Source: Halalkalibaculum sp.
GTDB lineage: Bacteria > Bacteroidota > Rhodothermia > Balneolales > Balneolaceae
DNA length: 33,713 bases
Reading direction: 5' to 3'
Assembly (NCBI GenBank): GCA_035269475.1
Contig: DATFJD010000175.1
Coordinates: 1 to 33,713 of the forward strand
Shown here: one piece after another, positions 27,209-33,713 of the stretch
How positions within the stretch are numbered: the stretch's first letter is position 1
How the letters are laid out: every line of letters begins with the position of its first letter
Translations under genes and position numbers: made by a program
Notes under the pieces: model-generated
Told to the model about the DNA's origin: nothing
What the model saw: the letters and a program-made list of their open reading frames with translations, nothing else
Database searches by the model: none

Positions 27209-29257
27209 TTACCTTTTAATCGCTACTCTATATAGCCATATAATAAATCCGACTGCTGCAAAGGCACCCAGCCAGTCGGCGTAGGGTGCAAAGGTATCCG
27301 GCACCAGGTTCAGAACGCTGGTCGATTCAAAATAGGCAAAAGGGATTGCCAGTATAATACCTACCAGGGCTTCGCCGGTAATCAGACCAGATGAAAACAG
27401 CAGTCCGTTCCTCTCGGTCTTGGTTGCAGCTTCTTCTGCATCCTTACCCTCCCTTTCGGCGCGCCGAATGGCATTGCGTGTCGCTATCCAGGCAACCATA
27501 CCCCCGATAAATATGGGTACGGTAAGTTCCAATGGCAGATAAATCCCAACGGCTACAGCCAGCACCGGTGCCCTGAAATCTGTCCCCTTCGCTTCCAGTA
27601 TTTTATCCAAAATAATTATTGCGACTGCGATCACGCAGCCAATGATAATCATATTCCACTCCAGGTTACGGGCAAAAACTCCTTCGGCTACAGATTGCAT
27701 TAGCGTAGCCTGTGGCGCTGCCAGCATTTCTGAGGGGTCCATTCCTTCCCTGGGAAACACTCCACCCAGCCCGTAAGCATTAAACAGCAGTCCCAGTATC
27801 GGAGCTATAACCAGTGCTGCAGCTACTACTCCTACGATCTGCATGATTTGCTGTTTATAGGGAGTAGCCCCGACCAGCTGTCCCGCTTTGAGATCCTGCA
27901 TATTATCACCTGCTATGGCAGCTGCACATGCTACCATGGATCCGACGATTATTGCTGCCGCCGCAGCTGCTGTCGCCCGGTCGGTGTCAACATTAAAATC
28001 CAGCTGACTGCCCAAAATGACCAACAACAACAGTGAAGTCGCCAGAATAGTCGCTATAGTCACTCCTGAAATCGGATTATTGGAAGAGCCGACCAAACCG
28101 GCCATGTAGCCCGCCACAGATGAAAAAAGAAATCCGGCGATGAGTGAAAACACCGTACCGAAAAGCATCGTACTCCAGTATAAGCCACTGGAGACTGGCA
28201 GGTGCTGCGTATCAATTACACTCACAAAGACCATAAAAATTGGGATGGAGAGTGCAATAACGCCATAGAGCACATAGTTAACCGGGACATCTTTTTCCGT
28301 TCTAAGAACCGTATCTCCTTTGCCCGCGCTTCTTTTTTTTATGGCATCCAGGGAAGATTTTATACCGTCTACCAGCGGCTTGGCCAGAGAGATGAGCGCC
28401 CAAACACCCCCAACCACCATGGAACCGACCCCCATATACCTGATTTTTTGACTCCATATCTCCAGGGCGGCATCATAACCGGTACTCTCGCCCACTATTG
28501 CCGCTACTTCTGCCGGATCTGCCAGGGCCATGTAAATGGGTATGCCGAAAAGCCATGAAATGAGTCCGCCGGAAAATACCAGTACCGCAATATTCAACCC
28601 TACGATATAGCCAACGGCAAGCAGGGCTACCGAAAGGTCCGTTCCGTAAGCGAAAATTGAATCGCCTACCTTCTTCGCCCCGCCCAGAACGCTTGAAAAT
28701 ATTTTAAAACCGGTTTGAGACAGCTTATACAAACCGGCTGCAAGTGCGGCAATAGCGATCATCTTAACGCCCTTTCCTCCCTCGGTCCCCGCCTTAAGCA
28801 CTTCTCCGGTTGCGACGCCCTCCGGAAATTTCAGGTCCGTTTCAATGATCAGCGCTCTTCGTAACGGAATTGTAAACAAGACTCCCAGAATCCCGCCAAA
28901 CATGGCTATGCTCATGGTATCAATGAAAGGGAAATCATTCCAGTAGTTGAGCAGAATCAGGGCGGGCAGCGTAAATATGACCCCCGCCGCCAGCGATTCA
29001 CCTGCTGAAGCCGCAGTCTGCACAATATTATTCTCCAGGATATTCGACTCCTTGAACATCTTTAGCAATGCCATGGATATAACTGCCGCCGGAATAGAAG
29101 CGGAAACGGTCATCCCCACCTTAAGGCCCAGGTAGGCATTGGCGCCGGCCATTACCGCGGCTAAAACAAATCCCAGTATAAATGCCTTGAGTGTTATTTG
29201 GGGAAGGTCGTCGTCAGCGGTTATATAAGGCGTAAACTTCTGTTTTTTATCAGGCAA
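27209..29257 (-). CDS. OPT family oligopeptide transporter
   Basis: ANAYLGLKVG, ENNIVQT, FPEGVATGEVL, SNNPISG, MQDLKAG, APQATLM, SGLITGEAL; TTG start with GGAGA upstream. Confidence 0.95.
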   Translation of the reverse strand: MPDKKQKFTPYITADDDLPQITLKAFILGFVLAAVMAGANAYLGLKVGMTVSASIPAAVISMALLKMFKESNILENNIVQTAASAGESLAAGVIFTLPALILLNYWNDFPFIDTMSIAMFGGILGVLFTIPLRRALIIETDLKFPEGVATGEVLKAGTEGGKGVKMIAIAALAAGLYKLSQTGFKIFSSVLGGAKKVGDSIFAYGTDLSVALLAVGYIVGLNIAVLVFSGGLISWLFGIPIYMALADPAEVAAIVGESTGYDAALEIWSQKIRYMGVGSMVVGGVWALISLAKPLVDGIKSSLDAIKKRSAGKGDTVLRTEKDVPVNYVLYGVIALSIPIFMVFVSVIDTQHLPVSSGLYWSTMLFGTVFSLIAGFLFSSVAGYMAGLVGSSNNPISGVTIATILATSLLLLVILGSQLDFNVDTDRATAAAAAAIIVGSMVACAAAIAGDNMQDLKAGQLVGATPYKQQIMQIVGVVAAALVIAPILGLLFNAYGLGGVFPREGMDPSEMLAAPQATLMQSVAEGVFARNLEWNMIIIGCVIAVAIIILDKILEAKGTDFRAPVLAVAVGIYLPLELTVPIFIGGMVAWIATRNAIRRAEREGKDAEEAATKTERNGLLFSSGLITGEALVGIILAIPFAYFESTSVLNLVPDTFAPYADWLGAFAAVGFIIWLYRVAIKR

Positions 29258-29409
29258 AACCTATCTCCATAATTTTTAATTAAGCCGAAAGTTAAAAGAA
29301 GAGCTGAATAAAACAAGTAATCTATGATTCTACTTTTAAATCTGTCTTTATGAACTATATTTAACCAACTTATAGGTCACAGTAAATCTTGAGGTTAATC
29401 ATAATAGCC

Positions 29410-30234
29410 ATGTCACAAAAGTCACGGCACATCGCCATACTAGGAGCCGGAAATATTGGCACTGCAATAGCCGGCGGACTCTCTCAGTCTTCTAATTTCA
29501 AAGCCGGTAACATAACCTTAACCCGCAGAAAAGTGGAACTTTTAGACTCTTTGAAAAAGGCGGGTTTTATAGTTCAGTCTAATAATAAGAAAGCCGTACA
29601 AGGAGCTGACATCATAATAATTGCTGTAGAACCGCAGCAGCTCGATGGCTTGCTTGCCGAAATAAAAACGGTAATTGACGGCGAGCGCCATATCCTAATA
29701 TCCGTCGTTTCCGGCGTCACCATTAAAAGGATAAGAGAACAAGTTCAATCGGACGTTCCTATTGTTCGTGCCATGCCGAACACGGCAATTGCGATTAGGG
29801 AATCGATGACCTGTATCACCTCCGACGATGAACATTCGAAAGCTGTTGAAGCCACAAAGAATATTTTTGACACAGTAGGTGAAACACTGGTGATACATGA
29901 AGAACTGATGACTTCGGCAACTGCTCTTGGAGCCTGCGGTATAGCCTTTTTCCTGCGCGCCATACGCGCAGCATCTCAAGGTGGTATTGAAATCGGTTTT
30001 CATTCCCACGAAGCATTAAAAATAGCTTCTCAAACGGCAAAGGGTGCGGCCTCACTCTTAGGTAAAATGGAGAACCATCCTGAATTTGAGATCGACCGTG
30101 TTACCACCCCACGCGGCTGTACCATCTCCGGTCTTAACCAAATGGAACACCAGGGCTTCAGCTCGGCCATGATCAAAGGCATTCTTGTTTCTGCGGAGAA
30201 GGCAGCAAAGCTTTATCATCAAAATGACGAGTGA
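29410..30234 (+). CDS. proC: Pyrroline-5-carboxylate reductase
   Basis: GAGNIG Rossmann motif, RAMPNT, VTTPRGCTISGL; ATG at 29410 preferred over TTG at 29389. Confidence 0.95.
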   Translation: MSQKSRHIAILGAGNIGTAIAGGLSQSSNFKAGNITLTRRKVELLDSLKKAGFIVQSNNKKAVQGADIIIIAVEPQQLDGLLAEIKTVIDGERHILISVVSGVTIKRIREQVQSDVPIVRAMPNTAIAIRESMTCITSDDEHSKAVEATKNIFDTVGETLVIHEELMTSATALGACGIAFFLRAIRAASQGGIEIGFHSHEALKIASQTAKGAASLLGKMENHPEFEIDRVTTPRGCTISGLNQMEHQGFSSAMIKGILVSAEKAAKLYHQNDE

Positions 30235-30241
30235 ATTTCAA

Positions 30242-30400
30242 GTGAAAAGCGAGAAGCGAGAAGCGAGAAGCGAGAAGAGAAATGAAAATGAATATTAATA
30301 ATCTCCTAAACGAAAATTATATTTCGGATTTTCTCCCTTCTCCCTTCTCACTTTTCACTTTTCACGTCTGCCGTTTCACGTTTCACATTTCACGTTTGCC
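30242..30400. repeat. Tandem-inverted heptamer repeat element after proC
   Basis: Left GTGAAAA (GCGAGAA)x4; right ten heptamers TTCTCCC TTCTCCC TTCTCAC TTTTCAC TTTTCAC GTCTGCC GTTTCAC GTTTCAC ATTTCAC GTTTGCC. Confidence 0.9.
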
Positions 30401-30468
30401 AACTGTCAGCCTTCCCTAACTTTTCTTAATTTCTGCCATCCGATTATTCAATTAACAAATTAAAGATT

Positions 30469-30882
30469 ATGAAAGTAACCGTACAGAAACTGGAAAAAGA
30501 CCTGCACATGGAAGCTGAAAATGAAGAAGGCGGACTGGTCAGGATGGATGGAAATACCAAAATAGGCGGGCTGGAAGGAGGCTTCAGCCCTATGCAGCTT
30601 CTGCTTGCGGGAATAGGCGGCTGCAGCGCTATTGATATCATCGGTATCCTGGAAAAACAGAAGCAGGACCTGAAAGATTTACGGGTGGAAGTCAACGGAG
30701 ATAAACAGAAGAAAGAGACCTACTCGGAATTCAAAACCATACACCTCAAGTTTATTTTTTCCGGCGATCTCGATCCCAGGAAGGTGGAACGTGCCATTGA
30801 CCTTTCCATCAACAAATACTGTTCGGTCTCCAAGGCACTGGAACAAGGATCCAAAATCACCCACAGCTACGAGATCATCTGA
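30469..30882 (+). CDS. OsmC/Ohr family protein (YhfA-like)
   Basis: SPMQLLLAGIGGCSAID and KYCSVS conserved cysteines. Confidence 0.93.
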   Translation: MKVTVQKLEKDLHMEAENEEGGLVRMDGNTKIGGLEGGFSPMQLLLAGIGGCSAIDIIGILEKQKQDLKDLRVEVNGDKQKKETYSEFKTIHLKFIFSGDLDPRKVERAIDLSINKYCSVSKALEQGSKITHSYEII

Positions 30883-32510
30883 TTCCAGAGCCCGACAAAG
30901 TCGGGAAGAAGCCGGTGAGCAGCCAGTACCTGAACAACCAGATAGCCCAGTAAAAACGTGATAAGTGCAATAACCGACCAGTACCTGAGGGATTTGAGTT
31001 TCTTTAGCAGGGAATGGCTCTCTCCCTCTTGTGCCTGCTTTTCCTTTGCTGCTCGCTCTTCTTTGTTATCCTCACTTTCATCTTCCTCTTCCGAGAAGCC
31101 CGTACGATTCATCTCACCCCACTCCTTCTTGCCTTTGAAAAAATCTATGAGCCCTTTAAAGCGCCACCAGGTATGAATTTGACGGTATCCGATATTTTCA
31201 ATGAAGGCAAATAGGGTCAGGGTAGCCACATCTTTGATTGAGGGATAACGTCGATAGGTAAACTCTTCGCAAAGTACGGCAGATACGGAAAGTACCATGC
31301 CCAGCATGACAGCCACCGTAAAGAATAACAGCACAAAAGTAGAGTCAAGATTACCAAGGGCAAGTATGGCAAAGAAATAGGTAAAGCCAATCAGTTCTAC
31401 TATGGGGCCAAACATCTCAACAAAGACAAAATAAGGCATGGCCAGCATACCCAGGCGTCCGTACCTGGGATTAAACAGCATTTTCCGGTGGCGCCAGAGG
31501 CTGTCGGCCAAGCCTCTCTGCCAGCGATTTCTCTGCCTGCCCAGCCCTTCCCAGTCGGTAGGCACTTCGGTCCAGCATACCGGCTCCGGAAGAAACCGGA
31601 TATTGTACTTCTCCTCTTTCTCCCTGAAATACCGGTGAAGCCTAACCACCAGCTCCATGTCTTCTCCCACGGTATCATGCAGGTAACCGCCCACTTTCAA
31701 TACCGCTTCACGGTCAAATACCCCAAAGGCTCCTGATATTATCAGCAAGCTGTTAAAGTAGTCCCACCCCACCCTTCCAAATAGAAAGGCCCGCAAGTAT
31801 TCCACGGCCTGTATCCTGCCCAGAAATGAGTTGGGCATTCCAACTTCCTTGACAATATAATCCTCAATCTTGCAACCATTGGCCACCCTGACAATACCGC
31901 CTACAGCCACTACATTCTCGTTTTCGACGAAGGCGCGCAGCAGCTTCATCAGCACATCCGGATCCAGGATAGAATCGGCATCGATGGCACAAATAAGTTC
32001 TTTGGAGCTCATATTGACTCCGGCGTTCAGGGCATCCGCTTTTCTGCCGTTCTCTTTATCGATTACCAGCAGTTCGGTGTACCTGTTCGATTTATAGACC
32101 CCGCGGATCGGCTTGTGATCTATTGGCAGGTTTGCGGGTTTATCAATAGAATAGAGTTCAAAATGATCCTTGAGCTTTTCGAGCGTCCGGTCGGTGCTCC
32201 CGTCATTGATTACTATCACTTCAAAATCCGGAAACTTAATCTGAAGCAGGGCTTCAACCGACGAAATGATATTGGCTTCTTCATTATAAGCCGGGGTGAG
32301 TATGCTGACCGGCTTATACAGTTCAGAGCGGAAAAGGCCCGTTAGCTTATATACGTGACTGTAGTTCTTTTGTGACTGAATATAGAAATAAGAGACCCAG
32401 ACCAGGCCTATATATATCATGTTTACAAACAGGAAGTAGGAAATGAAGAACCAGTTGAACGGCTCCATCAGGTTTACAAATTCCTGTATGTATAAAGAAA
32501 AATCCGGCAT
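30867..32510 (-). CDS. Membrane-integral GT2 glycosyltransferase (PgaC/IcaA-like processive synthase)
   Basis: PAYNEE, INDGSTD, KADALN, IDADS, GEDMEL, RQRNRW (QxxRW); several TM helices; KEWGEMNRTGF. Confidence 0.93.
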   Translation of the reverse strand: MPDFSLYIQEFVNLMEPFNWFFISYFLFVNMIYIGLVWVSYFYIQSQKNYSHVYKLTGLFRSELYKPVSILTPAYNEEANIISSVEALLQIKFPDFEVIVINDGSTDRTLEKLKDHFELYSIDKPANLPIDHKPIRGVYKSNRYTELLVIDKENGRKADALNAGVNMSSKELICAIDADSILDPDVLMKLLRAFVENENVVAVGGIVRVANGCKIEDYIVKEVGMPNSFLGRIQAVEYLRAFLFGRVGWDYFNSLLIISGAFGVFDREAVLKVGGYLHDTVGEDMELVVRLHRYFREKEEKYNIRFLPEPVCWTEVPTDWEGLGRQRNRWQRGLADSLWRHRKMLFNPRYGRLGMLAMPYFVFVEMFGPIVELIGFTYFFAILALGNLDSTFVLLFFTVAVMLGMVLSVSAVLCEEFTYRRYPSIKDVATLTLFAFIENIGYRQIHTWWRFKGLIDFFKGKKEWGEMNRTGFSEEEDESEDNKEERAAKEKQAQEGESHSLLKKLKSLRYWSVIALITFLLGYLVVQVLAAHRLLPDFVGLWNQMIS

Positions 32511-32528
32511 ATAATACAGTTGAAGCGC

Positions 32529-33671
32529 CTAAAAAGTATTAACTATTGACTTTATATTGAGATGTTCCTCAACATGGGATGATTGCAGTAAAGCCTGTCC
32601 CTCTTCCCCGTTTTCATACAGGCTTTTAGCTGCCGCGACTTTGACTTCATAATCCCGGTCGTGCAGCAGCTCGTAAAGGGCTCCCAGGCTTTCTTCGTCC
32701 CCGAACTTGCCAAGACTAAAGGCTATAGATTTCCTTATTTGGGAATCGGGATGATCCACAAACCTTTTGATAAGGGGAAGTGCTTCCGAATTATAATAAT
32801 AGCCCTGGGCTTTAATAAGTGCCTTTAATATATCGGGATGCCTCCACCGCTTTTTCGCCGATTTGAGTTTGCCGGCCAGAAAGGGAAGCAGGTTCTGGTA
32901 CCCTATTTCGGAAGCGCCTTCCATCAATACGGCAGCATTTTTAGGAGGTATGCTTTCATCATCAATCAGGTTCAACAGGGCTTCTCCCTCCTTCTCCATC
33001 TGCTCGTTTTCACTGTCGTGGAAATTATAGACCATCTCAAGCAGCGCCATGCGCGAGTAGTGAAACTTGCCGGCAACAACCCGTAGCGCCTCTTCCCTGA
33101 TATCCACTTCTTTACTGGCCATCAGGCCCGAAGCCGCAGAAAAGACAAGCATTTTATTTTCTGAAGACAGCATGGCCTGCAGCCTTTTAATAACCTTGTA
33201 GTTTACCAGGCGTACGTAGCTGAAATAGTTACAGGCTTTGATGCGCTCTACATTATCAGATGAACTAAGCTGCTGGAAATGGTAGTTGAAGATCGGTGAA
33301 AGGTAAAGCAGCTGTCGCAGCTTATCGGCATCCTCTCCTTCCAGGTTTTCCAGCATATCAAATATGATATCTTCAAAGACTGAAAACTCAATACCCTGGC
33401 CCCTAAACTCCTGTTCGATATCCTCTTGGGTAAGTTCTCCCTCCAGGTAGTCGAGTATCAAAGGAAAATGTTTGTTTTGATAGGTTTTCACCAGCTGCTC
33501 ATGAGTCCAGTGACGGGTTCGGGCGATAATTGATGTCAGAAAAAGCAACAGTGTGAGCGCTGCCAGAATCACGGTGATAATCCACAGCAGCTTTACGGAC
33601 GAATCAAAGACAGGTATCTGGTAACTTAAAACGGTAAAGAAATCAGAATATATGGCAGGATTTGTATGCAA
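32529..33671 (-). CDS. Membrane-anchored HEAT repeat protein
   Basis: N-terminal TM helix; HEAT-like repeats (DHPDSQIRKSIAFSLGKFG, LHDRDYEVKVAAAKSL); TTG start 3 nt after the upstream stop. Confidence 0.85.
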   Translation of the reverse strand: MHTNPAIYSDFFTVLSYQIPVFDSSVKLLWIITVILAALTLLLFLTSIIARTRHWTHEQLVKTYQNKHFPLILDYLEGELTQEDIEQEFRGQGIEFSVFEDIIFDMLENLEGEDADKLRQLLYLSPIFNYHFQQLSSSDNVERIKACNYFSYVRLVNYKVIKRLQAMLSSENKMLVFSAASGLMASKEVDIREEALRVVAGKFHYSRMALLEMVYNFHDSENEQMEKEGEALLNLIDDESIPPKNAAVLMEGASEIGYQNLLPFLAGKLKSAKKRWRHPDILKALIKAQGYYYNSEALPLIKRFVDHPDSQIRKSIAFSLGKFGDEESLGALYELLHDRDYEVKVAAAKSLYENGEEGQALLQSSHVEEHLNIKSIVNTF

Positions 33672-33674
33672 GGG

Positions 33675-33713
33675 CTAGTTTAAAACTTTATTGATCCGCA
33701 GCACCAGTTCGGT
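33675..33713 (-). CDS. 3' end of a probable single-domain response regulator (partial)
   Basis: Minus strand reads TELVLRINKVLN*, resembling helix 5 of a receiver domain. Only 12 residues are visible. Confidence 0.55.
   Translation of the reverse strand, partial: TELVLRINKVLN

Noticed and set aside
1-33713. tRNA, rRNA, riboswitch, prophage or integrase
   Set aside because: None recognised by eye; a covariance-model search would be needed to exclude small RNAs.

Overview
Chromosomal window from a moderately GC-rich bacterium of the FCB group; protein styles and Shine-Dalgarno-type RBSs suggest Balneolaceae/Rhodothermota-like (inference). The backbone is a histidine operon in canonical order (His-rich leader peptide, hisG-hisD-hisC-hisB-hisH ... 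hisA ... hisF-hisIE). Two gene blocks split it: a TetR-controlled LolA-like/MacB-LolCDE-type ABC export operon, and a minus-strand block of envelope and unknown genes. Flanks hold a patatin-POTRA-barrel (PlpD-like) gene, M28 peptidase, fasciclin lipoprotein, Na/Pi cotransporter, acetamidase/formamidase, OPT transporter, proC, OsmC and a response regulator-HEAT-GT2 cluster. The most striking unexplained structure is a set of elements built from two inverted arrays of 7-10 nt tandem repeats sitting at or near stop codons. One carries an AT-rich antisense four-helix-bundle (bAvd/23S-IVP-like) gene, several are empty, and one reads in frame inside a predicted signal peptide. Also found: an unannotated 34-aa CPxCG micro-protein with its own RBS and terminator, an unannotated His leader lacking a classical terminator, HisH with catalytic Glu replaced by Lys, a degenerate HisB phosphatase domain, and a tandem pair of paralogous unknown membrane proteins.
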